Below, in pieces: positions 9,246 to 18,493 of a stretch of DNA of 64,000 nucleotides (position 1 is its first letter; each line of letters begins with the position of its first letter). Made by a program: the position numbers and the translations under genes. Below the pieces are notes generated by a model. The model was not told the origin of the DNA, made no database searches, and saw nothing but the letters and a program-made list of their open reading frames with translations. The stretch is from Candidatus Hydrogenedentota bacterium (GTDB lineage Bacteria; Hydrogenedentota; Hydrogenedentia; Hydrogenedentales; SLHB01): contig CAXXYE010000001.1 in the NCBI GenBank assembly GCA_963674865.2, forward strand, positions 256,001 to 320,000, read 5' to 3'.

Positions 9246-9587
9246 TAAAGCCGCCTATTCCAGATGCACGAATCCCATAACCACTTGCCAGTACATAGGT
9301 TAGGAGCTGAGGAAGGGTGTCCCGTTTCCTAACGGGATTTTACTCTACCACAGCCCTCGGCGAGTTTGCAATGGGATATTTGGATTTGGCCAGAAGACCT
9401 TTCCCAAGGGCCTCTTCCGCGATAGCTCGCCCGCGAATCAGCCGCAAGAACGCGCTCTACCGAGCACGTGACGGCGATGAGACTGGGCCGAGGAACCTTC
9501 CGAGCCAGTCCTTCGTACGTGTTTCGTCGGCACAGGAGTCCTCCGCCTCGGAGATTCACAATCCGCCCTGACTCGCCCTAGAATTGG

Positions 9588-12356
9588 CTATCGTAAGGCC
9601 GGGGGGGGCGTGCCTCTGTCTTGCCCCCGCTGTTCTTCGCACGTAAGCGTGAAGGTCTCTCCGGTTGTCTCGTCCTTGATCTGGATGCAGGCCTTTTCAG
9701 GCTCGATGTGCAGTAGTTGGTAGCGCTCGAATCTGTCCTTCTCACGGTACCAGTTGTATGCGCCCGATGCGAAACCAACCTGCGCCCGGGACGTGCCATC
9801 CGGCATCACTCGGATGCGGATTAGCCGGAGCCCGGCCGTCTCTTTCGCACGGATCTCCTGAGCCTCGACGGCTTCTGCCTTTCCCGCGGTTGTCTCAATG
9901 CCTTCCCGAGGGCCGATACCTTCCTTGAACGACTCCTTGTCGGCCGCCTCGCCTTCGGAGCCCGGCAGGGGCGAGGTCACCCTGATCACGCGGCCGGTTT
10001 TCAGACGTTTCAAGAGCACGACGAGGTCGCTACCCTCGGAGTATACATCGAGCACATGCATATAGTAGGGGCCGGCAATGATATCATCGCGTGGGTAAAC
10101 CGGGCTGATACTGATGCACTCGCCCGTGGCGGGAATCGTTACGCTTAAGGCAGCATGTGGTGCCCCGGCACCTCTTCCGAGACAAGTCCCGCCATACACA
10201 GTGGGAAGTCCACATCTTATCTCAGGTTCGTCAGTGGCGACGCCGTAGGAGTCGCATAGCATCATCTCCGGACTGGAAATCCAGATGAACTCAGGTTCGA
10301 CGCGCCACGCCAGGCTCGATGAGTTTCCTAGCATATTGAGGATTTCGTGGAGAGCAAGACCTTCACCCCCGGCGAATATGGCCCCAACGAATCCGTCACC
10401 GAGGTGCACCATCCCAGTGGGGCCACAGCTCCGCCAGCCAGCCCTTTCCCAAGGCAGCGCCGTCGGACTTGACGCCTCGGGCGGCTCGACTATCCTCTGG
10501 TCGACGATGATGCTCAGCCCCGCTTCCTCGGAGAGGCGCGCGCAGACGTCCTGGAGGTGCTCATGCTCAAACTCTCCGTGGACGCGCGAGGACAGCGCTT
10601 TCCATGTGGCGCTTGTCGGATCCGCCATGTCCGTGGCCGGAGGCGATTGGCTTCGAACGTTGTTGAGCGAAGTTACCCATATGTAACCTGGGTCGGTTGA
10701 GAAGGTCAGATTAAGCGGACGTAGTAGTGCCTCGAGAGCGCCGGCCAAGGTGATGTTCTTCAATCTCACACGGCGCACAATACCGTCTGTCACGTATGGG
10801 GCAGCCTCGTGGTCCGCGGCCCGCCTGCGTTCGGTATGCTGCCCGGCAGATCTGCATGGCTCGACGACCCGGTAGTCGATAACGATCTCTATATCCAACG
10901 GCTTACATAGAGTCTCGCAGATGCTACCGATGTGTTCGTTTTCAAACTGAATATCCACGGGAGCTTGCAGCGCTTCCTCCAGTGCCGGATCTGCGTTGCG
11001 TTCAGCGAGGTGTCTGGCCTTGGCCGTGTCGGTTGTAGGCGCATGCGTTTCCGTTACCGGCTGGACGCTGGGTGTGCCTGGCTCGGAATGGCCGGCTGCG
11101 GGTGCTGACGTTTCGTCGTCGTCCGACTCGGACGACTCCTCAGGCGCCGCCGTCTCCGTCGTCGCCGTGAGTGTCTCCACGGCCGTTGCCTGTTGGCCGC
11201 CGTCGTCCTCGTCCGTCGCGGTGGCGGCCTGCCATGCGGGCAGCGCGGCCAGCAGGAGCGTCGCGGCAAGTGCCGTGCCCTGCCAGGATAGCTTGCGCGG
11301 AAGGTTGTCGTGGAACAGCATGGTGAGTCGCTCTTGGAATCCCAAGCGGATATCTGCGCCCAAGGCGAGGGTAGCGGTGGGAACCGCTTTCTCCACGCCC
11401 GCCTCGAACACGTCAATCAACGCCTCGGCGTATTCGCGTCGGCCGTCCGGGGCCGCCCAGACGGCCCAGGCGTCGCAGGCCAGTTCGGCGTTCTCGCGAA
11501 GACGCCGCCGGGCGCACCAGGCAATTGGATTCCACCACCACAGGCACGTCGCGGCCAGTTTGAGCCAAGCCACCCAGTGGTCGCGCCGTTTGAGGTGGGC
11601 CAACTCGTGGGCCAGCACGCCCGGCCAACGCGTCTGCGGCAGGGAGGCAACCAATGACTCGGGGAGGAGCAGCAGCGGCCGGCCCAGGCCCCAAAGGAAA
11701 GGCGAGTGCGCCCCGGAAATCGTTCGCACCTGAGGTTTGCGGACTTCGAGTCTGCTCGCGGTATCGGCAAGGAGTTCCTCGAGCCAACCTGGAGCAGGCT
11801 TTCCACCCAATGCTAACCGATGGATGCGCAGGATGCGTCTGAGTTGGACAAGGCACACGGCGGCCATGCCGATGAGCCAAATCTCCACCAGAAGCGCGCG
11901 GGGCGTGAAGGCGGCCCCCAGTCCTGCGAAGCGTGTGGGTGACGAGCTGCGAGGCGATATGGCCACCGGCGTCGACGCAGGCTGAGACAGCGTCCCCTGC
12001 CGTGTGGTTGTCGCGAGTTCCGGCGATGCCAACACCGTGTCGCTTTGCCGCGGGAGTGGCGCCGATGCCGAGATGTACGCCTCCACACGCATTGGCGCGC
12101 GTACCTCGGAATAGGCCGGGGCAGGCGTCTCCACATGCGCCGGCGCGGGAACCGACGCGCTCAAGCCGACGGGCGCAATGTGTACCGGAAGCGCCCACGG
12201 CCAAGCCATGACAGGAGGCAAGAGCAACTTGACTATAACCACGAGCCACAGGGCGTGCCGTGCGGCCGGCTTGAGCCGTCCCAGGCGGCAAGCGAGCGCG
12301 ACAACCACTGCCAGAATCCCCGATACCACCGTGCTTTGAATGACCCACGTAGCCAT
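9588..12356 (-). CDS. BlaR1/MecR1-like M56 metallopeptidase sensor with non-canonical extracellular domains
   Basis: HALWLVVIVKLLLPP, SPFLWG..P.LLLP, zinc motif HELAHLKRRD, WWWNP and ELACD. ATG at 12356 follows GGAGG. No penicillin-binding SxxK domain is recognisable. Confidence 0.88.
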   Translation of the reverse strand: MATWVIQSTVVSGILAVVVALACRLGRLKPAARHALWLVVIVKLLLPPVMAWPWALPVHIAPVGLSASVPAPAHVETPAPAYSEVRAPMRVEAYISASAPLPRQSDTVLASPELATTTRQGTLSQPASTPVAISPRSSSPTRFAGLGAAFTPRALLVEIWLIGMAAVCLVQLRRILRIHRLALGGKPAPGWLEELLADTASRLEVRKPQVRTISGAHSPFLWGLGRPLLLLPESLVASLPQTRWPGVLAHELAHLKRRDHWVAWLKLAATCLWWWNPIAWCARRRLRENAELACDAWAVWAAPDGRREYAEALIDVFEAGVEKAVPTATLALGADIRLGFQERLTMLFHDNLPRKLSWQGTALAATLLLAALPAWQAATATDEDDGGQQATAVETLTATTETAAPEESSESDDDETSAPAAGHSEPGTPSVQPVTETHAPTTDTAKARHLAERNADPALEEALQAPVDIQFENEHIGSICETLCKPLDIEIVIDYRVVEPCRSAGQHTERRRAADHEAAPYVTDGIVRRVRLKNITLAGALEALLRPLNLTFSTDPGYIWVTSLNNVRSQSPPATDMADPTSATWKALSSRVHGEFEHEHLQDVCARLSEEAGLSIIVDQRIVEPPEASSPTALPWERAGWRSCGPTGMVHLGDGFVGAIFAGGEGLALHEILNMLGNSSSLAWRVEPEFIWISSPEMMLCDSYGVATDEPEIRCGLPTVYGGTCLGRGAGAPHAALSVTIPATGECISISPVYPRDDIIAGPYYMHVLDVYSEGSDLVVLLKRLKTGRVIRVTSPLPGSEGEAADKESFKEGIGPREGIETTAGKAEAVEAQEIRAKETAGLRLIRIRVMPDGTSRAQVGFASGAYNWYREKDRFERYQLLHIEPEKACIQIKDETTGETFTLTCEEQRGQDRGTPPPALR

Positions 12357-12404
12357 CACTATTCCTCCCACCTCATCATTCTATGTCGCCACGAAGCGGG
12401 CCGC

Positions 12405-12803
12405 TCAGGAATCCGTGCCTGTATCTCCCCCATCAAGATGCTCCAGCATGTTTCGGAATCCCGCGATGTCTTCTTCCGAAAGCTCGCCCTCGTCGAGCAG
12501 GGCCATAACCAGGGGCGTCGTTGTGCCGCCGCAGAACTGCCCGGCCAATTCCTTGAGCCGCTGGCCCAGGAGTCTCTTCCTGGTAACGGCCGCGCTGAAA
12601 ACGTGCGCCACGCCACCCTTCTCACGCGCTACGTAGCCCTTCTTTTCAAGGCGATTGAGCAGCGTCTGAACCGTGGTGTATGCCCATCGATGGCGCCGCG
12701 CCCGCAATTCGTCGGAGAGTTCACGCACTGTCCCTGGCCCGCGATCCCACAGAGTCTCAAGTACCGCAAATTCCGTATCGCTGACTGCCGGCTTCCGCTT
12801 CAT
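12405..12803 (-). CDS. BlaI/MecI/CopY family transcriptional repressor
   Basis: SDTEFAVLETLWDRGPGTVREL, WAYTTVQTLLNRLEKKGYV; lies directly upstream of the M56 gene. Confidence 0.93.
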   Translation of the reverse strand: MKRKPAVSDTEFAVLETLWDRGPGTVRELSDELRARRHRWAYTTVQTLLNRLEKKGYVAREKGGVAHVFSAAVTRKRLLGQRLKELAGQFCGGTTTPLVMALLDEGELSEEDIAGFRNMLEHLDGGDTGTDS

Positions 12804-12834
12804 CTCTGCCTGTTCCTCCGCGCCTGTTTTTGGG

Positions 12835-12884
12835 CTCCTACAGATTGTAGTTAAATCTTACTACATTCTGTAGGAGTCCGTCAA
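12835..12884 (-). promoter_or_regulatory. Sigma70 promoter of the blaI-like operon overlapped by two TACA-N3-TGTA operator boxes
   Basis: Minus strand TTGACG-N18-TAAGAT. Boxes ctacagattgtag (12838-12850) and ctacattctgtag (12861-12873) together form a 17-bp inverted repeat with one mismatch. This resembles the TACA/TGTA boxes of BlaI/MecI/CopY. Confidence 0.85.
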
Positions 12885-13032
12885 CAGGAAAAGCTGTTCT
12901 CAATGAAGGTGTTCGCCAATCGGCCCGATCGCTCCCGCGCCGTGGGGCGGGTGATCATGCTTGGAGCAATGAGCAGCATGGGCCGCTCAGAGGACTAGGT
13001 TTGAAGTGAGGGGAGTGTTTGCAGCGCGGTCG

Positions 13033-14442
13033 TCAGGCAGCGCCGCGGCCTACCACGACGGCTCCGAAGGTCTTGAAGAGGATCAGGAAATCTTGCCAGA
13101 GACTCCAGGAATCGATGTACTGGAGGTCCAGCTCGACCCATTCTTTGAAGTTTACATCGCTCCGGCCGCTGACCTGCCATAGGCCGGTCATGCCGGGGCG
13201 CACGCTGAGGCGCCGCCGCTGGTCCCAGTCGTACTTGGCCACCTCGGCGGGAATGGGCGGGCGCGGCCCCACGAGGCTCATCTCGCCCTTCCACACGTTG
13301 ATGAGCTGGGGAAACTCGTCGATGCTGTACTTCCGTATGAAGGCGCCCAAGCGCGTAATCCGGGGATCTTTGCGGATCTTGAACACCGGGCCATCCGCCT
13401 CGTTCTGCGCTTCGAGTTCTTTCCTGAGGGCCTCGGCGTTCGACACCATCGAACGGAACTTGATCATTTTGAACCGGCGCTGGTTGCGGCCGACGCGCTC
13501 TTGCCGGAAGAACACAGGGCCTTTGGAATCCAGCTTGATCAAGATGGCCAGCGCAAGGAACGCGGGCGATAGCAGCGCAAGGAGGATGGAGGAAACCGTG
13601 AAGTCGACGGCCCGTTTCAGCGCCAGGCGGGCCTGATCCTCAGGCACGGCCGACAGCGATAGCAGGGGAATCTCCGTTACGTACATGGACAGATTTCGCG
13701 CACACCGGCGCTGAAACAAATCGGCCTCTACGTTAACCGGGATGTGCCGCCCCTCGCAGACGCGCACGATCTCCTGCACCGCGTCATAGAAGGAGCCGAG
13801 GGGTAGCGTCACATAGACTTCGTCTACGTCGTGTTCCCGGCACACCTGGCGGAAGTCGGCGCATCGCCCCAGATAGGCCACGCCGTGTGCTACCAACTCC
13901 TTTGCTCGCTCGCGGTCATCGTCCAGAATGCCGAGAATGCGGCATCTCTTGTGCTGCCGCAGGGCATCGAGCAGCGCGTGGGTGCGGCGGTTTGCCCCCA
14001 CGAGCAGAACCTGCGCTTCCCCGGCGTCTTCTGCCGCGAGGAACGCGCGCCGGGCGATGGTGCGCCAGACGAGAAGGGTCAAGACGCTTCCCGCACAGAA
14101 GGTCGTCAAGAATGCCCGGCCGATACCGCCCGGTGTGAGCGCCGCCATGAGGAATGTGGCGACTACGAACGTGAGCGCCGCCGTCCTGGCATCGGAGCGC
14201 AGTGGGCTTGCGGCAATGCATGTGCGGTGACGCGAGCGGGCGTACTGATCCGCTGCCGCGCCGATCCAGCACGCCAAGAGGATCAACATGTGGGGCAGGT
14301 GCTTTGTGGCGTTATCGGCAAACGCAGTCTGTCCGTATGCTGTGCGGAGCGCGGCGAGATAGGCGAGAGGTATGATGAGACACTCGACTGCAAAGAGAAT
14401 TGCCCAACGCTCGAGCCCGTCTCTTTTCGCAGTGCCCGCCAT
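13033..14442 (-). CDS. Undecaprenyl-phosphate glycosylphosphotransferase (WcaJ/CpsE-like priming transferase)
   Basis: N-terminal TM helices and a CoA-binding-like domain; LKRAVDF, GPVFFRQERVG, KFRSM, SIDEFPQL, GEMSLVGPRP and RPGMTGLWQV. Confidence 0.95.
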   Translation of the reverse strand: MAGTAKRDGLERWAILFAVECLIIPLAYLAALRTAYGQTAFADNATKHLPHMLILLACWIGAAADQYARSRHRTCIAASPLRSDARTAALTFVVATFLMAALTPGGIGRAFLTTFCAGSVLTLLVWRTIARRAFLAAEDAGEAQVLLVGANRRTHALLDALRQHKRCRILGILDDDRERAKELVAHGVAYLGRCADFRQVCREHDVDEVYVTLPLGSFYDAVQEIVRVCEGRHIPVNVEADLFQRRCARNLSMYVTEIPLLSLSAVPEDQARLALKRAVDFTVSSILLALLSPAFLALAILIKLDSKGPVFFRQERVGRNQRRFKMIKFRSMVSNAEALRKELEAQNEADGPVFKIRKDPRITRLGAFIRKYSIDEFPQLINVWKGEMSLVGPRPPIPAEVAKYDWDQRRRLSVRPGMTGLWQVSGRSDVNFKEWVELDLQYIDSWSLWQDFLILFKTFGAVVVGRGAA

Positions 14443-14445
14443 TGT

Positions 14446-15921
14446 CTAGTCTCCCGTTTCCGCCGCGGCGGTTGGCACAAGCACATCGTGTGTCGGTGCA
14501 TTCCTCGTTTCGGGAAGTGTGTCTGGCGACGTATTGCAGCCCACCCAGCCTAGGTCACGGCTCCAGCGGCGGATGAACGCGGGTTCAAGTTGCGTCCAGC
14601 AGCGCGCGCAGCCTTGGCACGGGTGAGGATCTTCGGGCGACAGAGGCGACGCGCCCACAAGCGCCATCTCGCCCCGCCACACGTGGACAAGCTGAGGCAA
14701 GTTCTCAAGCCTATAACGCCTCAGAAAGCCTCCGATTCGCGTTTCCGTGGCGGCCGGCGCGGCAGGCCCGCCGCGCGTTGTCCGGAAGCGCCGCATCTTG
14801 AAGGGCAGCCGTTTCCTGCTCAGGCGCCATTGGTAAGTCAGGATCGGCCCCGGCGACTCGGATTTGATCACCGCGGCGATGACGAGCATCAGCGGCGCCG
14901 ACACGATCAGCAGTATCGACGATAGGACGAATTCTGCCGCCCGTTTCAGCGTCATATGAAGCTCGCGGCCCGGTGTCGGCGCGAGCGAAACCACGGGCAG
15001 GTTGCCCACCGATCGCACTGCGCTTACCGCAACGCGCAAGGGGAACAAATCCGCTACCATCCGCACCGGTACTCCGATTCCCTCACATAGGTTCACGATG
15101 CGCTGGACGGTGTTGTAGTGCGATTTCAGCGGCAAGGAGACATAGACGCTGTCAACGACGCGATCTACCAGCAGCCGCTCGAGTTCTTCAATTGGGCCCA
15201 AGTACCTGACGCCGTACCTTTCGAGGATGTTGCGGCGGCTGGGGTCGTTTTCGAGAAATCCCTCGATGTACCACCCGAATTGTGGACTCGATTGAACCAC
15301 GCGCACAAGGTGGTCCGTGCATTGATTGGCGCCCACAATGACAGCGTGGTGTACGTTGAATCCGTGCCGGCGCAAGTCCCATAGGCCAAGGCGAAACGCC
15401 GCGCGACCCGCCAGAATCAACGCCGCGGCGGCCAGTGTAGACACGAAGAGCTCATCCCGATTGATCGCCGTGGGGCCCCAGAAGGAGGCCACAACCACGG
15501 TGAGAACGATCCAAGCCAGCAGGGCCCAAGCCGTGCCAAATACCTGAGGAAGAAAGGCATTAGTGCGCTGCGACTGGAACAGACGGCGCTTTGCCGCAAC
15601 GACAAGCCACAGCAAGACTACAAGGGCGAGGAAGGGTAGCTGTGCTTTGATATGGCGAGACCATGAGGGCGAGTCCGGGCGCAAGAGGTAAGTCGTTCCC
15701 GCATGTGCGCCCACGATGCAGGCGAGGTCGAGTAGGGCACGCGCGGTCATCGCTACAACGGGATGTGCTTTCCTGAGTGACACGTTCCTACATTTCCTTC
15801 CCGCCGGTTGTTCCTGCCTTGGCGTCCCCAACTTCCGACGCCCCTTAGAATAGGAACCTGCGTCACTGTCTGCGTATTCCGCGTAGGCGTCGGCGAGATC
15901 AGTCTCAGTCTCTTCACTCAC
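14446..15921 (-). CDS. Priming-transferase paralog with a degenerate catalytic domain
   Basis: Same architecture as the neighbour, but with LENLPQL (vs xDE[L/F]PQL) and LVGASP (vs LVGPRP), and no PGxTG..Q C-terminal motif. Confidence 0.8.
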   Translation of the reverse strand: MSEETETDLADAYAEYADSDAGSYSKGRRKLGTPRQEQPAGRKCRNVSLRKAHPVVAMTARALLDLACIVGAHAGTTYLLRPDSPSWSRHIKAQLPFLALVVLLWLVVAAKRRLFQSQRTNAFLPQVFGTAWALLAWIVLTVVVASFWGPTAINRDELFVSTLAAAALILAGRAAFRLGLWDLRRHGFNVHHAVIVGANQCTDHLVRVVQSSPQFGWYIEGFLENDPSRRNILERYGVRYLGPIEELERLLVDRVVDSVYVSLPLKSHYNTVQRIVNLCEGIGVPVRMVADLFPLRVAVSAVRSVGNLPVVSLAPTPGRELHMTLKRAAEFVLSSILLIVSAPLMLVIAAVIKSESPGPILTYQWRLSRKRLPFKMRRFRTTRGGPAAPAATETRIGGFLRRYRLENLPQLVHVWRGEMALVGASPLSPEDPHPCQGCARCWTQLEPAFIRRWSRDLGWVGCNTSPDTLPETRNAPTHDVLVPTAAAETGD

Positions 15922-15974
15922 GCGGGTTCCACGCTCCGGAATTTGTGTTCACGGCTTAGGGTTTACGTTTCCAT

Positions 15975-17285
15975 ATGCGATCCGATGCCACGACATTGCC
16001 TTCACCTTCTGCGCCTTGTTGCTGCGCCGCTAGTGGAGCTGCGCTCAAGGGGCGGAACATCGGCTACCTAGCCAGTGAATATCCGGCCATTTCCCATACG
16101 TTCATTTTCCGGGAGATTGAGGCGTTGCGGACTAGCGGCGTGTGTGTGAAGACGGTGGCCGTTCACCTGTCTCGACAAGTGGAGCGGATGACTCCCGCAG
16201 AGCAGGCCGACGCCGCCGGCACCTACTACATCACGGACACCTCGCCGGCCCGTGTCGCGGCCTGCCACATGCGCCTTCTTCTCTCTTCGCCGCGGCGCTA
16301 CCTGAAAATGCTAGGCTACACGCTCGGACTTCGGCGCAAGGGGCCCGTACCTTTTCTCAAGCTCGCGGCCTACTTCGCGGAGGCAGGGCTGCTGCTGGAT
16401 TGGCTTCGCCGGGAGCGCGTGAATCATCTGCACGTCCATTTCGCCAATCCTGCCGCCACGGTGGCCATGATCGCCACCAGCCAGGGCCAGTTCTCATTTA
16501 GTCTCAGTGTTCATGGGCCGGACGCCTTCGACAACGTCCCGGGGAATCTGCTGGTTGAGAAGATCACCCGGGCCGCATTTGTGCGATGCATCAGCCACTT
16601 CTGCCGGAGCCAGTTGATGCGCCTCGTGCCGTTCAACCAGTGGCCCAAGCTCCACATTGTCCGCTGCGGCGTTGACACGGATGTGTTTGGGCCGCGCCCG
16701 AAGCCTAAGAATGCCGTGCCGGAAATCGTGTGTCTCGGGCGACTTGTCCCCGCTAAGGGGCAACATGTGTTGCTGCAAGCCTGTCGCGCCTTGCGTGAAA
16801 AGGGCGCGGCATTTCACCTCACGTTTATCGGCGATGGGCCGGATCGCAAGAGCCTGGATGCGCTTTGCCGCGAATGGGGCCTTAGCGATTCCGTGGCCTT
16901 CACGGGCGCCGTGGGACAGGATGAGGTGTGCCGACGGCTTGAAATCGCGGATATCATGGTTTTGCCGAGTTTCGCCGAGGGGCTGCCCGTGGTGTTAATG
17001 GAGGCCATGGCCAAGGAGATCCCGTGTATTTCCAGCCGGATTATGGGAATCCCGGAACTCATCGAGGATGGAGTGAACGGATTTCTAACGGCGCCTTCCG
17101 ATGTCGAGGGTATTGCCGAGGGAATAGCGCAGCTTCTCAAGGATGCGGAGTTGCGGAGGCGTCTCGGATGCAATGCGCGTAAGACGGTTTGTGAGCACTA
17201 CGACATCGAAACAAACTGCCGTAGGATGGGCGAACTCCTCGCCGAATGTGCACATGTCGGCGCGTGCGCCGGGGAGGCGACATGA
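15975..17285 (+). CDS. GT4 glycosyltransferase (WcaL-like)
   Basis: YPAISHTFIFREI, HLHVHFAN, GRLVPAKGQ and SFAEGLPVVLMEAMA (Ex7E). Confidence 0.92.
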   Translation: MRSDATTLPSPSAPCCCAASGAALKGRNIGYLASEYPAISHTFIFREIEALRTSGVCVKTVAVHLSRQVERMTPAEQADAAGTYYITDTSPARVAACHMRLLLSSPRRYLKMLGYTLGLRRKGPVPFLKLAAYFAEAGLLLDWLRRERVNHLHVHFANPAATVAMIATSQGQFSFSLSVHGPDAFDNVPGNLLVEKITRAAFVRCISHFCRSQLMRLVPFNQWPKLHIVRCGVDTDVFGPRPKPKNAVPEIVCLGRLVPAKGQHVLLQACRALREKGAAFHLTFIGDGPDRKSLDALCREWGLSDSVAFTGAVGQDEVCRRLEIADIMVLPSFAEGLPVVLMEAMAKEIPCISSRIMGIPELIEDGVNGFLTAPSDVEGIAEGIAQLLKDAELRRRLGCNARKTVCEHYDIETNCRRMGELLAECAHVGACAGEAT

Positions 17286-18493
17286 GCGAGGTCCTACCTA
17301 ACGTGTTCTTCGCGTTGTGCGGGGCATATGTGGGCGTCGTGACGTTGTACCTTCTGACAGTCACCGTCGCGGCTCATTTCCCACGAAGGACAACGCTGTC
17401 GCCTCCCGCGGGCCCGATTTCATTCGCCGTGGTGATCCCGGCTCACAATGAAGCGGGGCAGATCGAACAGACTGTGGCCGCCGTCTGTCACTCGGACTAC
17501 CTGGGCGAGTGGTTCTCGATCTACGTCATCGCGGATAACTGCGACGACGATACCGCCGCCATGGCCAGAAGCGCTGGCGCGGACGTCCTTGAGCGATTCG
17601 ACGGAAGCAAACGCGGGAAGGGCCAGGCGCTTGACTGGTGTTTCCGCATGCACCGCTCCATACTCGAGCACCACGACGCTGTCGCCATCATCGACGCCGA
17701 CGCCGCCGTCGCGCCAGGTTTCCTCGCGGCCATGGCGAAGGCGCTGGCGCAGCCCGGTGTGCACGTAGTGCAAGCAAACAACGCCGTCGCCAATCCTGAA
17801 GCGAACTGGCGAACCGCCCTCACCTATGCCGGGTTCGCCCTAGTGAACCGCGTGCGCACTGCCGGCCGTTTCCGGCTGGGTGGGTCGGCGGGACTGAAAG
17901 GCAACGGCATGGCTTTTCGGAGCGACCTGCTCATCCAGTATGGATGGCCGGCCCACTCGATTGCCGAGGATGTCGAGTTTGACATTCACCTTCTCTTGGA
18001 TGGACACCGCGTCGCCCTGGCGCCCGATGCGCTGATCACGTCGGATATGCCCATGTCACGCGGCGCGGCCGACACCCAGCGGAATCGGTGGGAATCGGGG
18101 CGGATGCGTATTGCCGCAGCGTACGTGCCCGTCCTGCTGTGGGCCTGTCTCCGAAGGCCGAAATGGCGCTACGCCGACGCGGCCCTCGACCTTCTCGTTC
18201 CACCTTTGGCCGCACTGGTGCTTGGGCAGATGGGATTGACGGTGGCGGCGGCTCTTTTCCGCCCCGGGTGGCTTCCTCTGTTCGTTGTATGTGCCGTGGC
18301 TACGGCGCTGCACGTTGTATTGGGGCTCCACCTGAGCCGTGCGCCCCGGCGCGTGTGGTTTGCTCTGGCCGCTGTTCCGTTCTTCCTGTTGTGGAAGGCC
18401 GGCCTTTATCTTCGCCTGCTCGCCGGGGCGGGGGAGAAGCAGTGGGTCCGAACGGCCCGGGAGTCGGAGGCTGGGCAAGAGGGCACGCGCTGA
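17282..18493 (+). CDS. GT2 glycosyltransferase, membrane-anchored (CESA-like)
   Basis: VVIPAHNEA, ADNCDDDT, GKGQAL, DAD, AED and QRNRW (QxxRW). ATG at 17282 is coupled to the previous gene. Confidence 0.92.
   Translation: MSEVLPNVFFALCGAYVGVVTLYLLTVTVAAHFPRRTTLSPPAGPISFAVVIPAHNEAGQIEQTVAAVCHSDYLGEWFSIYVIADNCDDDTAAMARSAGADVLERFDGSKRGKGQALDWCFRMHRSILEHHDAVAIIDADAAVAPGFLAAMAKALAQPGVHVVQANNAVANPEANWRTALTYAGFALVNRVRTAGRFRLGGSAGLKGNGMAFRSDLLIQYGWPAHSIAEDVEFDIHLLLDGHRVALAPDALITSDMPMSRGAADTQRNRWESGRMRIAAAYVPVLLWACLRRPKWRYADAALDLLVPPLAALVLGQMGLTVAAALFRPGWLPLFVVCAVATALHVVLGLHLSRAPRRVWFALAAVPFFLLWKAGLYLRLLAGAGEKQWVRTARESEAGQEGTR

Noticed and set aside
9250..9587. Small ORFs or ncRNA between kdsB and the M56 gene
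   Set aside because: There is only a short hairpin (tcccgtt-tcct-aacggga), with no recognisable RNA family or coding signal.
18088..18492. Upstream extensions in the ORF track (wzx from 18088, ECF from 4214, GT2 from 29846 and 30835, adaptor from 49921, lipoprotein from 39953)
   Set aside because: They overlap neighbouring genes or promoters; downstream starts with an RBS or translational coupling fit the family N-termini better.
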